The notes below the pieces were generated by a model. That model had not been told where the DNA came from, searched no databases, and saw nothing but the letters and a program-made list of their open reading frames with translations. The translations under genes and the position numbers were made by a program. Shown here in pieces: positions 31,106 through 41,887 of a stretch of DNA of 64,000 nucleotides. Source of the stretch: Bdellovibrionales bacterium (GTDB taxonomy: Bacteria > Bdellovibrionota > Bdellovibrionia > Bdellovibrionales > JAGQZY01); assembly GCA_964230645.1 (NCBI GenBank), contig CAXRHT010000002.1, positions 416,001-480,000 on the forward strand. The letters run 5' to 3'. The number at the start of each line of letters is the position of its first letter. The stretch's first letter is position 1.

Positions 31106-31792
31106 TTAGAAGCGTCGCCCAATTCCAAATTGAAAAGCTCTGACTTCGTATTTCACTTTACTCTCGCCAAGAGTTTCAAAGGGCCGAGTCTCTGTGATTT
31201 GGTAGCGAACTCCCGCACGAATGCCCCAGACCTCTGAGAAATCCACTTCCACGCCCGCTTCGCCATAGTAACCAAAGCCAGTGAGTCCATCTTCTCTTTT
31301 GTGACCACCGTCGTTGTTAGTAAGCTCGTTGGGTCCGGGATTGTACTCGATGGTGTGATATCCAAAAAGTCCACCGGCCTCCCCGTAGGGTCTAAAAAAA
31401 GAAGTGGGAAAAAGCTTAAACTTAAAGCCAAGTCCTAGTTGTAAATGATTAGAGTCAAAATCGATTTCAGGAGCGGCATTTTGATAGTTGGTGCCACCAA
31501 GAGTGGTGTAGTCGTAAAAACTTTGTCCACTGGAATCCATATAGTTCATTGAGATAGTGATGAATAGGCCGGTCTTACCGATTTCCTTCTCTCCTCCGAG
31601 ATACACATAAGTGCCTTGATCCATGCGAAAATTTTGAGTGGGATCAAGTACGGTGAACTCAGCCACTCCAAACCCCAGATACCCGGCCATTCCGCGGAAA
31701 GCTAGGTTTGAGCCACCAAATCTTTGAGCCCAAACATTTTGGGAAAACAAAAGAAGAAACAAAGGAAGTGTTGCCATCTTTAGAAAATGCAT
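31106..31792 (-). CDS. Outer-membrane beta-barrel protein (OmpW/OmpA-like 8-strand)
   Basis: Signal peptide, RPYGEAG, GVEVDF and C-terminal FQFGIGRRF. Confidence 0.8.
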   Translation of the reverse strand: MHFLKMATLPLFLLLFSQNVWAQRFGGSNLAFRGMAGYLGFGVAEFTVLDPTQNFRMDQGTYVYLGGEKEIGKTGLFITISMNYMDSSGQSFYDYTTLGGTNYQNAAPEIDFDSNHLQLGLGFKFKLFPTSFFRPYGEAGGLFGYHTIEYNPGPNELTNNDGGHKREDGLTGFGYYGEAGVEVDFSEVWGIRAGVRYQITETRPFETLGESKVKYEVRAFQFGIGRRF

Positions 31793-31800
31793 ATGAACTC

Positions 31801-32289
31801 CTATTTTTTAGTTTGCCATTGACCTTGGCTGTAATAATAAGTTCCCGGAAGATCGAGTTCTAGATATTTTTGAAACATCTGGTCTAAGAGAACCCTCATC
31901 TCGATCTTATTATAGTTTTCCATTTTTTGGATTTTTTTATAAACCAGCTTTCGGTCGTTGTTTTCAACCTGTACCAACTTCTTCATTCGATTCACCGTTT
32001 TTGGCGATAGACCTTTGGTGGTGCGAACCTTTATAAAACCGGTCGAGGCTTCACCGATCACACCCTTTGCTTTTAAAGAATCTAAAGCATTCTTTCTTCT
32101 GGCTTGCCTGGAGTGAATTTTTTTGACCATTTTTGAGTCTAAAAAGGTGGTTGGCACTTTAACATTGGATGGCTTGGGCGCTGAAACCTCTTTTTTCCTC
32201 GATTCTTTGGTATCCACTGTCACAGTCTTTTGGCTGCAGGAGGATAGGAATAAAAAACTAGAAACAATATATATTAGGGTCGTTTTCAT
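31801..32289 (-). CDS. DUF1318 (YdbL-like) lipoprotein
   Basis: Lipobox LSSC, LKAKGVIGE..TGF, LVQVENNDR..VY and GQWQTK. Confidence 0.8.
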   Translation of the reverse strand: MKTTLIYIVSSFLFLSSCSQKTVTVDTKESRKKEVSAPKPSNVKVPTTFLDSKMVKKIHSRQARRKNALDSLKAKGVIGEASTGFIKVRTTKGLSPKTVNRMKKLVQVENNDRKLVYKKIQKMENYNKIEMRVLLDQMFQKYLELDLPGTYYYSQGQWQTKK

Positions 32290-32498
32290 GATAAAAACAG
32301 ATTATCAATCTTGGATATTGCCTGTCACCGCATAAAGACCATGGTCTGGGGTAAAAAAATAAAATCTGTTTTCTTAAAGGCTTTTTCTCCTAATTTCCAG
32401 ACTTAAACCCCAGGTCCTTGATCGAGAAGAGGTCCTAACAAATCAAAAACATTCATATAATTCTATAAGTGACCGAAAGGGTCTTTAGGAAACCTTTT

Positions 32499-34178
32499 AT
32501 GAAAAGAAGTTTAGTTAGCTTAATTTCAATTATTATACTAGGAGTGCTACTCCCAAGGCTTTCCTATGCCGAAAACGTGCACTTTGGAACTATTTTTGTT
32601 GAAGAAAAAGAGTACGACACCGCCGAAGACAATCAGAACATTAACTACTTGACGGATAGCTCTAAGGAACAAGAACAATTAGAGACTCTTTATAAGACAG
32701 AGATTGGTAAGCCCAATTCTAAGCTTAAAAAAATGGATCTGAGTCGCTCACCGGCTTCAAGTAAAACAAAAAACAAAAAGAAAGTGGGAGTGATTAAAAA
32801 CTCTGAGCTTCCTCAAAAAATCATCTACTTTTTGGAACTGCGTTCTTTTCCCGGAAATGACTCCATAAGCATTCACGATCAAGCTTCTAAAACCTCTAAA
32901 ACATTGATGCAACTTGAGCCAGGAGAAATGGTAAAGGTTGTGGATTCCCCGAGCCGCTATATTCATAAGTTAAGACAGGATCGTGAATCCGAAGGGCTTT
33001 GGAAGAATATCTACACTAGAGAGCAGGACCCGCAAAGCCCCCACCTCTATTACGACTGGAGAAACTTTGAAACAATAACCAGTCATGAATTCCCTATTGA
33101 ACTCGACATCCTCGTTCCCTATGGTCAAAACTCAGTGCCTGTATACTCAAAACCAGGGGCTTGGACGAGAAAAGACTGTGGTCTTACTCCTAATCTCTGC
33201 ACCGATTCTATCGACCTTCACACCCAGGCCTATTTATTTGATGCCACGATAATTGATGTTAGCTTGTCAAAAAAGCTCAGCCAATCCTACCGCCTGTTTT
33301 ACAAGATTGGTTACAAAATTAAAGACAAAGACGGCAAGACTCAACACCACGTCGGTTGGATCCCGTCGAATCACGCCAAGAGAAAAATCTCACAACTTCC
33401 TAAATCATTGATCGCCACTCGCTCTCCTGATAGCGCTTTTGGTGGAACTTATGAGAGTGATGAAGAAAGACGCCAGAGGCTTAACAAATATTATGTTTTT
33501 AAAGCCAATATGGACTCTGAAAACAAACTTTTGAGTCGCTGGATTGATTCGGCCCCAGGAAATAGTACCGAAGTTTTCTTTCAAAATATCGCTATTGACG
33601 GAATCGCTCATTTCAACAACTTTGTTCTTGAACAGAGCTTTCTTGACGGACAACGCTTTACCCAACAAGGTCTCGCTCTTGGAGTGGGCATTTACGCTCC
33701 GATCTTTATTGATCTTGAGATCCAAGGTTCGGCCGAGTACACCATCCCAGTCAGTGCCAATGAGGACAATACTTTTGAAAAGTCCCCTCTTTTTAAAGCC
33801 GAACAATGGCTTCTTTACACAAGCCCTATCTCTGTGAGTGGAGTTCCTTTTAAATTTGGAGTGGGTGCTTACTATCTCTCCATGTTTGCCTCCAATAGAG
33901 ATTTCGGGTTCAACTCTCTTCTCGGTTTTCAGCTAAAAGGTCTTTTTGAAAATGAAAGTTTCTGGAGTGGATTTCGCTACGGTCCCACGGGACAAGACCT
34001 TAACTTCAAGCTTGAAAATAGAGAGATTGGTATTGATATTGGTGTTCGGCTAAATCCCAACCGAAAATTTGAGAGTTGGTCCATTTTTGCAGATTACTCG
34101 GACACCTCGTTTATTTCTCCTGCTAAAAACAAAACCAAGTTTCAAATATTCTCTCTTGGACTCAGAAAACAATTCTAA
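32499..34178 (+). CDS. Secreted hypothetical protein (SH3-like N-part, C-terminal beta-barrel-like region)
   Basis: Signal peptide from the ATG at 32499, VGWIPS SH3-like end and C-terminal FSLGLRKQF. Confidence 0.65.
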   Translation: MKRSLVSLISIIILGVLLPRLSYAENVHFGTIFVEEKEYDTAEDNQNINYLTDSSKEQEQLETLYKTEIGKPNSKLKKMDLSRSPASSKTKNKKKVGVIKNSELPQKIIYFLELRSFPGNDSISIHDQASKTSKTLMQLEPGEMVKVVDSPSRYIHKLRQDRESEGLWKNIYTREQDPQSPHLYYDWRNFETITSHEFPIELDILVPYGQNSVPVYSKPGAWTRKDCGLTPNLCTDSIDLHTQAYLFDATIIDVSLSKKLSQSYRLFYKIGYKIKDKDGKTQHHVGWIPSNHAKRKISQLPKSLIATRSPDSAFGGTYESDEERRQRLNKYYVFKANMDSENKLLSRWIDSAPGNSTEVFFQNIAIDGIAHFNNFVLEQSFLDGQRFTQQGLALGVGIYAPIFIDLEIQGSAEYTIPVSANEDNTFEKSPLFKAEQWLLYTSPISVSGVPFKFGVGAYYLSMFASNRDFGFNSLLGFQLKGLFENESFWSGFRYGPTGQDLNFKLENREIGIDIGVRLNPNRKFESWSIFADYSDTSFISPAKNKTKFQIFSLGLRKQF

Positions 34179-34182
34179 TTAC

Positions 34183-35802
34183 TTATAGTGTCTTTAAAAC
34201 CTGCGCATGCTTTTGAATCATCGCGTCTCCTGGGTTGAGACTTAGTGCCTGATTCATCAAAGACTGAGCCTCTCTGTCTTTGCCCTGACGTTTCAAAACA
34301 AGGGCTTTTAAACTCAGTCCTCGGGGGTGCTGAGATTGCCGAGTTAAAACAAAATCCACATGCTTAAGACTTTTATCGACTTGGCCGTGGTTAAAGTACA
34401 TCAAAGCCAAGGAGTAGTTCACACTTAGGTTCTCAGGGTTATTTTGATAGCCTTTTTCTGCATGCTGCACGGCTTGATCCAGTTGATTGCTATCAAGATA
34501 GGCGTGGGCTAACTGCATATGGCCTGTGACAGTGCGAGGATTACTCTCAACGATATCGCTCCACAGTGTGAAGCTTGTCTGCCAAATTTGCACTCGATCA
34601 TTGAACATAAAAATATAGTATCCACCCAGAGCCACCAAAGCGAAACTTAAAAGGGCTCTTTTTGCCATTGACCCGTTTTGTAGCCAAACTCGAACAATAG
34701 AAGCGTAGGCTATAAAAAGTCCCACCCCGGCTAAGTACAAATAGCGATCGGCATATATCAAGGAACCCCTGAGAGGCACAATATTTAATATAGGTAAAAC
34801 CATAAGGATAAAAAAACCAACCCCAAGAACAATCTCTTTTTTAGAATGTTTCTTTTCTCCCGAACAATAGGCCAACACACAAAGCACAGTAAGGCCTAAG
34901 AGATAAAGGAGTAGAGGCTTTTCAAAAGAGATTTCCTCATAATAAGGACTCATATTGTAAGGAAAAACAGAACGAGAAATGTAAAACAAAAGAGACTCTA
35001 CGCCAAGATAGAGCCTATAAAATGGATTAAAGGACGTTGTGGCCTGCTCTCCACTAACCTCGTGCCCTACAACATGGATTAACACAAAAACAATCCCTAT
35101 GAGCAGATGAGGTATTTTTTCAATTAGAAGCTTTTTAGTAAAAGTGCGCTCCTGGTAATAATCAAAGAGCAATAGGATGAAAGCTGTGGTGACACCGGAG
35201 GCCTTGGCAAAAAGAGAAAGAAGTAAAAAAACAAGACTCCCTCCATAATAAAGAGCGGCCTTCTTTGGGCTAACAGACTCTTTTTGGCGAAGCAAATAGC
35301 AAATGTACACAAGAAGCAGAAAAAAAGTCGAAAGCACGTCCTTTCTTTCAGATATCCACACCACTGACTCCGGCTGTGTGGGGAATATTGCAAACAGAAA
35401 AGCTCCGACTCCTGATAAATAATAGTTTCTTCTAGTCAGAAGACTGATAAAAAAGAAGACCAGTAAAATATTAATAAGATGGAGAAGGCTGTTATCAAGG
35501 TGATACCAAAAAGCATCCATTTTAAAAAATGAATATTCGATCGCGTAGGTTAAGAAAGTCAGAGGCAAGTAGTCTTTGTAGACAAATTCGCTAAACATTC
35601 GATTCACATCGAAAGTCTTTACGATGTCGTTATTCACCAAGAGCTGTGGGTCGTCAAAATTTGTAAAACCGTAACTTAAACTCTGGTAAAGAAGCCCTGC
35701 AGCCAGCAGGGCACCGATGAAAGGTAGGATAAGAAAATAAGGATGCCTCTGGGGAATCGAAAAATTAGGTCTTGGCTTTTTGTTCTTTTTTTTATTCTTC
35801 AC
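34183..35802 (-). CDS. TMTC-like GT-C glycosyltransferase with C-terminal TPR repeats
   Basis: NFDD loop, YxPLT, YHLDN..LH, ESVVWISERK and ADRYLY, followed by TPRs. Confidence 0.8.
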   Translation of the reverse strand: MKNKKKNKKPRPNFSIPQRHPYFLILPFIGALLAAGLLYQSLSYGFTNFDDPQLLVNNDIVKTFDVNRMFSEFVYKDYLPLTFLTYAIEYSFFKMDAFWYHLDNSLLHLINILLVFFFISLLTRRNYYLSGVGAFLFAIFPTQPESVVWISERKDVLSTFFLLLVYICYLLRQKESVSPKKAALYYGGSLVFLLLSLFAKASGVTTAFILLLFDYYQERTFTKKLLIEKIPHLLIGIVFVLIHVVGHEVSGEQATTSFNPFYRLYLGVESLLFYISRSVFPYNMSPYYEEISFEKPLLLYLLGLTVLCVLAYCSGEKKHSKKEIVLGVGFFILMVLPILNIVPLRGSLIYADRYLYLAGVGLFIAYASIVRVWLQNGSMAKRALLSFALVALGGYYIFMFNDRVQIWQTSFTLWSDIVESNPRTVTGHMQLAHAYLDSNQLDQAVQHAEKGYQNNPENLSVNYSLALMYFNHGQVDKSLKHVDFVLTRQSQHPRGLSLKALVLKRQGKDREAQSLMNQALSLNPGDAMIQKHAQVLKTL

Positions 35803-35820
35803 AAGGCTTGAGCCAAGATC

Positions 35821-37239
35821 CTAAGAGAGACCAAAAAAAGCTTTAATTCGAGAAAAGAAACCTTTCTTCTCTCCTTCTGCCCCACCCGATTGGGTGAGGT
35901 TTTTTAGTCTATCCGTGAGCAGTCTCATATCCGTGGGAGTGGGAAGGACCTGTCCTTGAAACACCATGAGTGGGGCTGAGGTGATTCCCATTTTTTTTGC
36001 ATAGGCCAAATGGGTGTCGACCTTTTGTTGAAACTGCCTTTTCAAAAAACAAGCTCGAAATTTATCAAAATCAACACTGGTTGCTTTAACAGCCGAGTTG
36101 ATTTTATTCTCATCAACCTCCCCTCCTTGGTCTGCCATACTTGCTAAAAAAGACCAAAAGGAGTCGCTACTTAAAGATTCCACGCAAAACCCCGCTTCGG
36201 CTCCCATGCGAGACAGACGATCACTCTCTGGGAAAGAGTAAACAAACGAACCGTGCACTTCGTCTTTCCACTTTTCTTTACTCTGTAAAAAAGACTGTAA
36301 AGTTTCAGGACAATCCTCGCAGCTCCAATGACCAATAAACATTAAGTTTGGATTCTTTTTGTCCCCCCACTGTGGGACGGAGTCTCCCAAATTTCCGGCC
36401 TGAATTTTTAATTCTGGGGCGGGGAACCCTATGAGTATAGGATCTTGTTGCAGATTTTTAGCCACATAGGCTTCCATCTTTTGGTCGCGACTATTTTGAT
36501 TAACTATGGCACCGAGCCTTTTAATCATTTGTTCGTCAAGGTCTGACTCGGAAATTCCTTTTTCTTTGGCAAAAGCTCGAATCTCTTCCTCACCGGCTTC
36601 ACCCTCTGAATTCAGAATATTTTTTTGAATATACTCTTCCATTCCAAGTTTTTCTTTTTTCGAGGCCTTTAAAATATATCGTCGAATGGCCATGCCGTTA
36701 AGACGACGCATCTGCTGGGAGAAAAGTTTTTCATAGGTTTTGGAATGGTTGATATTGGCTTTGAAAAAATCACTCCACTGAAGTGTTTTATTAGCAAACT
36801 CTGCTAACTTGTCATAATCAGTGGCTTCTTTATAGCTCACTTCAATCCCTTCAGACATGCTAACATTCTGTTTACCTAAGACATCTTCAAGCTCTTTTTG
36901 AACAGGTGGACCAAAAAAGTTTAAAGTGGATTTTTTCTCCTCCTCTTCGGTTTGGAGATGCTGGGCCCAAGCGTAGGAAAAAGCGAGAGCCTGTTCATTG
37001 AGGCGTTCATTTAGCTCTTTTAAAGCAGGGTCTGATCCTCTTAACTGCTCCCAGCTCAACTTTTCACCATCCACTTGGGCTGCGACCTTCATATCCTTGA
37101 AGTCTTTTTTGGCATAATCCAGCTGGCTATCGAAGTTAATCTTTGACTGATCGGCTTGCACCCGAGCGCTGTCTCTTTTTTCTGAAGTACAGGATGAGAT
37201 TAAAATTTGAACTAAACAGAGAATAAAAATTCGCTTCAT
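35821..37239 (-). CDS. Lipoprotein with C-terminal DsbA/thioredoxin-like domain
   Basis: Lipobox ISSC, SCEDC CxxC, AEAGFC and GITSAP cis-Pro loop. Confidence 0.75.
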   Translation of the reverse strand: MKRIFILCLVQILISSCTSEKRDSARVQADQSKINFDSQLDYAKKDFKDMKVAAQVDGEKLSWEQLRGSDPALKELNERLNEQALAFSYAWAQHLQTEEEEKKSTLNFFGPPVQKELEDVLGKQNVSMSEGIEVSYKEATDYDKLAEFANKTLQWSDFFKANINHSKTYEKLFSQQMRRLNGMAIRRYILKASKKEKLGMEEYIQKNILNSEGEAGEEEIRAFAKEKGISESDLDEQMIKRLGAIVNQNSRDQKMEAYVAKNLQQDPILIGFPAPELKIQAGNLGDSVPQWGDKKNPNLMFIGHWSCEDCPETLQSFLQSKEKWKDEVHGSFVYSFPESDRLSRMGAEAGFCVESLSSDSFWSFLASMADQGGEVDENKINSAVKATSVDFDKFRACFLKRQFQQKVDTHLAYAKKMGITSAPLMVFQGQVLPTPTDMRLLTDRLKNLTQSGGAEGEKKGFFSRIKAFFGLS

Positions 37240-37401
37240 GGATTCCCCCTATAACCCCATTATTGTATGGAGGAACGCCAATGGATACAACGGATTATCT
37301 TGCAAAACGTCACAATCCATAGAACTCAAGATTTCTTAAGAAAGCCCCTAGGTTCAGGACAAAACTTGCAGCCAAGCCTGCTTTTTGGATATAATAAGTA
37401 A

Positions 37402-37884
37402 ATGAGAACTTTAGCTCTACTAATGGCGAGTTTTGCTTTTCTAACCGCCTGCTCCACCACTTCTGATCCCCCAGAGTCTCTGGATTACTCGCGCACTTTT
37501 CGTGTCCCCTATGAAACCCTATGGAGAGCAACCCAGCAGGCCCTGCTTAACTACCCCATGAATATAAATAACATGGACACAGGTCATCTTCAGACTCTTT
37601 ACATTACTGGGAAACATCGTTTCCAGCCTCCTCATAGAAAGGAGGAAACCTTACCCAGCGGATACCAATATCGCCTCAATGTTAATATTATAAAAGGAGA
37701 GAAAGCTTCCAGGTTAGTTATCCTAAAGGAAGTGCGTCTGCAAAAAGATTTCTTTTCTGATCCTGAGGAGTTGGTCAGCGATGGCTTTGAGGAGAAAGCT
37801 CTTATTTACCGAATAAAAAGAGAAATCATCATCGAAAAGATCCTAAAAAAACAGATGGATAAAAAACAAACTCCGAAAACCTAA
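37402..37884 (+). CDS. Outer-membrane lipoprotein (BamC/DUF3568-like fold possible)
   Basis: Lipobox LTAC and a YSRTF..PYETLWRA...NMDTGHLQT pattern. Confidence 0.65.
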   Translation: MRTLALLMASFAFLTACSTTSDPPESLDYSRTFRVPYETLWRATQQALLNYPMNINNMDTGHLQTLYITGKHRFQPPHRKEETLPSGYQYRLNVNIIKGEKASRLVILKEVRLQKDFFSDPEELVSDGFEEKALIYRIKREIIIEKILKKQMDKKQTPKT

Positions 37885-37892
37885 AATTCTGT

Positions 37893-38600
37893 TTATAAGC
37901 TTTTTTTAGGACTCGGATACTGACTTCTCCAATAGGAAACCTTGTTTTGATCTTTCATGGTGTCCGGCGAGAGATTTTGCAGAGCCTGAGTTGCGATCAT
38001 CTGCATCTCCCGATCTTTTTCATGGAGAAGTCGAATCCAACGACCTCGATCCTGTTTTTTAAGATTTTCCAAAAGAACTTTAGCCATTTCGGCTCGAAGC
38101 CAAAGGTTACGATCTTCGTGCCTCTTCCCCTCTTCAAGGACTTTATCCCAAAAAAGACGACTCACCTGAGCATCCTTGGATGTTTTCAAAATCTCAAAAG
38201 CCTTAACCCGCACCATAAGGGCCGGATCCTTTTTCATGATTTGATAAGCCCACTTATGAGCCAATCTTTTATTAACATCCTCAAGAGCCGTCAGCCCTGC
38301 ACTTCTCATATACCAAGTGGAATGGTTGAGAGCGCTAGTGATGAGTGGCAAAGCCTCTCCTTTTCTCGCCTCAACATAGACCATAAAACTTTTCCAGCGG
38401 GTGTTCATGGGAAGACTTTTATCAAAAGCCGCTTCTTTTAACTTATCTAAAGTTTTGTTACCTTGAGCCTTGGCCTGATCAGCCGCCACAAAACGAGTAT
38501 TTCGTAAAAGCTTTGCCACTTCAAAATCAAGGTTGTCTTTTTTATGAGGCGCTGCACTTATGAACGTTAAACTGAGAAATGTCACAATCCAAGTCATCAT
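37893..38600 (-). CDS. HEAT-repeat secreted protein
   Basis: Signal peptide and helical repeats such as WYMRSAGLTAL and DPALMVRVKA. Confidence 0.7.
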   Translation of the reverse strand: MMTWIVTFLSLTFISAAPHKKDNLDFEVAKLLRNTRFVAADQAKAQGNKTLDKLKEAAFDKSLPMNTRWKSFMVYVEARKGEALPLITSALNHSTWYMRSAGLTALEDVNKRLAHKWAYQIMKKDPALMVRVKAFEILKTSKDAQVSRLFWDKVLEEGKRHEDRNLWLRAEMAKVLLENLKKQDRGRWIRLLHEKDREMQMIATQALQNLSPDTMKDQNKVSYWRSQYPSPKKSL

Positions 38601-39622
38601 GATCGGGATCCTTTTTTCAGAGATTTTAATTCCGTTATGAAGACCTCGGCCTCCTCTTTGGAATCGGGGTCCACATTACGAAGTTTAGGATGAATCTTAA
38701 TTTCGTTTTTGAGATCTTCATTGCCCATTGAAGAGCTTTCTTTACTGGTCTCGGTATCTTTCATGGTAACCGTACCAGCACCTTCTTCTTTAGGCCCCTG
38801 TACACCAGAATCTCCGGACTCTGAATCTCGCATTTGTACGGAGCCTGAGTCCCCCTCTTCATCGAGTTCTACTTGATTGTTCACAACCTTTTCAAACTCT
38901 GCCACTAAGTCTGCGGGCTGAACTTTCTTAGGCGGGGGCTCTTCATCTTCTTCGGGCTGAGCCTCTGCTTCCGGCTCAGCGGACTCTACTTCAGGTTCAG
39001 ATTGTTCAACCTCTTGGCTATCCTCTTCTTGAGGCTCTTCGGGCGCGACTTCATTTACTTCCTGTTCTTTCTCGCCCTCTACAACACTCTGCTCACCACC
39101 GGCGAGGGCTTTGAGCCTTTCAAGCTCCTCTTTTAGTTTTTCATTTTCCGTTTTATACAAAGACAAATCGGCAATATCGTCCTCGATAATTTCATATTCC
39201 ATGAGGCGCTCTTCGAGCTCACTGATTTTTGCTAAAAGATCCGAGTTGTCGTTCACTCCCGCTGCTGCGGCGGCGGACATTTCTCCTCCACCGGAGTCGC
39301 CTCCCGACCCCGAGGACTGAGTCAGTTGTTTATTGAGTTCAGCTATTTTCCGGTCTTTTTCAAGAACCTCTTTTTCTAACTCATCGACTTTTTCAGAACC
39401 AGGAGCCGATGAAGCTTTATCAGGACTCCAATTCTTCTCTCCAAGTACGCGCCGGAGAGCACCTTCAATGTTCTCACTGCCCTCTATCTCACTACGAACA
39501 ATATTACTTGGTCCTTTGTTATTGAACAATAACAACATCACTACAATGATAGTGATTCCTATAACAAGAAAGCTGACCACATAGGTGTCGTGAAATACGA
39601 ACAAGGATAATATAGATTCCAT
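38597..39622 (-). CDS. Membrane-anchored coiled-coil protein with acidic disordered tail
   Basis: N-terminal TM, coiled coil RLMEYEIIEDDIADLSLYKTENEKL and an E-rich tail. Confidence 0.75.
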   Translation of the reverse strand: MESILSLFVFHDTYVVSFLVIGITIIVVMLLLFNNKGPSNIVRSEIEGSENIEGALRRVLGEKNWSPDKASSAPGSEKVDELEKEVLEKDRKIAELNKQLTQSSGSGGDSGGGEMSAAAAAGVNDNSDLLAKISELEERLMEYEIIEDDIADLSLYKTENEKLKEELERLKALAGGEQSVVEGEKEQEVNEVAPEEPQEEDSQEVEQSEPEVESAEPEAEAQPEEDEEPPPKKVQPADLVAEFEKVVNNQVELDEEGDSGSVQMRDSESGDSGVQGPKEEGAGTVTMKDTETSKESSSMGNEDLKNEIKIHPKLRNVDPDSKEEAEVFITELKSLKKGSRS

Positions 39623-39737
39623 TGCCTATATTCTCACAACATCTTGATAACAAAGCAAGAAAACCCCAGTGTTTCCAGGCCCTTTTTCCCTCTCCGGGAG
39701 AGCGAAATACTGGAATCACTAGACCTTTGTCTTAAAG

Positions 39738-40175
39738 TTATTCGCAGAGAGTTTCGATAATGGTTTCTGACTTTGAAGAGGCTCCAAGTCTGGCCTTTAA
39801 TAATAAGTCCTCATCACAATAAGATTTCCACTTATCATCGAGAACCACTTCAAAAACCCCTTGGTCACATTTTGCTAAACCACGATCGACAACATTATCT
39901 TCAATATCGAGAAGTCGCCAACCTATAAGAGCGCCAGAGTTTTCACACAAGCCGTAAACGCTGAGTTCATCACGGGCAAAAGCTGAAACCTTACTCTGTT
40001 GGAAGGAGATTTCCCCTGCTCGTACCTGGTCGATCGTATCGTTCATACCATCAGGCAAGGGGCTTTCTTGGTGGACGGAATCGTCAAGAGTTTGTGTGTT
40101 GGGCGCACAGTTTTGGTACTGCATGATCGCAATTCCTAAAACAGCGTAGAAAATAAGAATTTTCTTTCGACCCAC
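39738..40175 (-). CDS. Hypothetical lipoprotein (YQNC signal)
   Basis: GTG start after a GAGGGG RBS, hydrophobic segment ending YQNC and four further Cys. Confidence 0.7.
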   Translation of the reverse strand: MGRKKILIFYAVLGIAIMQYQNCAPNTQTLDDSVHQESPLPDGMNDTIDQVRAGEISFQQSKVSAFARDELSVYGLCENSGALIGWRLLDIEDNVVDRGLAKCDQGVFEVVLDDKWKSYCDEDLLLKARLGASSKSETIIETLCE

Positions 40176-40464
40176 GACATTCCCCCTCGTAGTTGACTTC
40201 CTTTATTCTAACCCAAAATCCCTGAAAGCATTGGAATTTCAGCGATTTTCCATAATTTTTGTTTCAGCTTGATTCAAAATTCTGAGAGGAAACCTCGTTT
40301 AAGCCTTAAAGTCTTGATCTGACACATTTTCCAAGAAGTTTATAAACTTTGGTTGAGCCCTTAAGACCAAAGCGCAGTGGCGAAAGTCGCGTTTCCTTTT
40401 GCCTCGTAGGCAATCCTCTCCGCACTACCTAGAATAAAAATTAAGCAACCTTGTGGGGAGAACT

Positions 40465-41412
40465 ATGAAAAAAGGAATGATCTTTTTAGCGCTTTTGTTT
40501 TTATTCAACCTTTCCTGTCAAAAAATGGAACCCAACCAAGACAATCAATTTAAAAACTTATCGATCGATGTCATTTACGGAGTGGATGACCGTATTGATT
40601 TTTTCGACATCAACGATCCACATTGGCTTAGCCTATCTCAATCCACAGTCGCACTTTTTGATCATCGCCGTATTGATATCAATTCTTCTGACGAGGTTTT
40701 TCATATTTCAACAAGTCTTTATGGGGAGGACAACCACCTCTGCCAAGAAGAAAAGTTCTATAAACAACCCACAGGCTCGTTTTGCTCTGGTTTTCTGATC
40801 GGGCCTGATATCGTGGTGACGGCTGGGCACTGCATTCGTAACGAGTACAACTGTGAAACCGTGCGATTGGTTTTCGGCTACTCTTATAATGACTACTCCA
40901 ACGATCCGCTCATCCTCCCTACGGAAAATCTTTATCGTTGCAGTGAACTTATTCATTCGGAAGCCAATGGTGTATCGGGCTCTGACTACGCCATCATGAA
41001 ACTGGATCGACCAGTAAAAAACTTTGAGCCACTTCCGATTCGCACCACAGGACGGGTCGACTCAAAGGATGAACTGACCGTCATTGGTTACCCCTCAGGA
41101 CTCCCAGGAAAGCTTGCTCATGGTGGTATCATTCGTGAAAACGACAACGATATCTATATGGTCACCACTCTTGATACCTATGGAGGAAATTCTGGCAGTG
41201 CTGTGTTTAATCGAAACTCTCGCTTGATTGAAGGAATTCTTGTACGTGGAGACACCGACTTTGTTTACGATCCAGAGAGCCAGTGTCGTCGCTCCAATGT
41301 CTGCCAGGACACCGCGTGCCGAGGGGAAGACGTTGTACGGATCAGCCAGGTTCTTAAACATCTCACCCCGGCTGACTTGCAACCAAGCACTCGCACACTC
41401 AACGAGTTTTAA
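40465..41412 (+). CDS. Trypsin-like serine protease lipoprotein
   Basis: Lipobox NLSC, VIYGVDDR mature start, CSGFL, TAGHC, DYA and GNSGS. Confidence 0.93.
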   Translation: MKKGMIFLALLFLFNLSCQKMEPNQDNQFKNLSIDVIYGVDDRIDFFDINDPHWLSLSQSTVALFDHRRIDINSSDEVFHISTSLYGEDNHLCQEEKFYKQPTGSFCSGFLIGPDIVVTAGHCIRNEYNCETVRLVFGYSYNDYSNDPLILPTENLYRCSELIHSEANGVSGSDYAIMKLDRPVKNFEPLPIRTTGRVDSKDELTVIGYPSGLPGKLAHGGIIRENDNDIYMVTTLDTYGGNSGSAVFNRNSRLIEGILVRGDTDFVYDPESQCRRSNVCQDTACRGEDVVRISQVLKHLTPADLQPSTRTLNEF

Positions 41413-41447
41413 TGGCTTTTTTAAATGGGTTTTGGTAGGAAGACCGT

Positions 41448-41738
41448 ATGGATAAACTCGACTACAAACCCAAAGCTCATCTTCTTATCTGCAATCGCTC
41501 TCGAGAGGGCAAAAAGTGCTGTGCCGCCAAAGGTTCCGAAGAACTTCGAGACAATCTAAAAAAATGGATTAAAAGTGAAAACCTTCACAAAGATCTTAAA
41601 GTTTCGTTCACCTCGTGCCTCGGATACTGCTCCTCGGGTATTGCCGCCTGCCTTTACCCAAAAAATCAGTGGTTTCACAATATAAGCCTCGAAGATGAAA
41701 AAGATTTGAAAAAAAAGCTCTTAAAAGCCATAAAATAA
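41448..41738 (+). CDS. Thioredoxin-like [2Fe-2S] ferredoxin
   Basis: HLLICNR...CC...SCLGYC..G...YP...W motif. Confidence 0.88.
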   Translation: MDKLDYKPKAHLLICNRSREGKKCCAAKGSEELRDNLKKWIKSENLHKDLKVSFTSCLGYCSSGIAACLYPKNQWFHNISLEDEKDLKKKLLKAIK

Positions 41739-41887
41739 ATCGTAATGTGGTCCCGGCAAGGGTTCAGAAGCCCTTTTAATTGAATCTGAGAGGCGCCTTG
41801 TGCAAAACCTGAGCATTTACATCACCAAGCCTTGCACAAGCACTCCATCTGCGGCTATAAATTAGGCCACTCACACAGCGGTATTTT

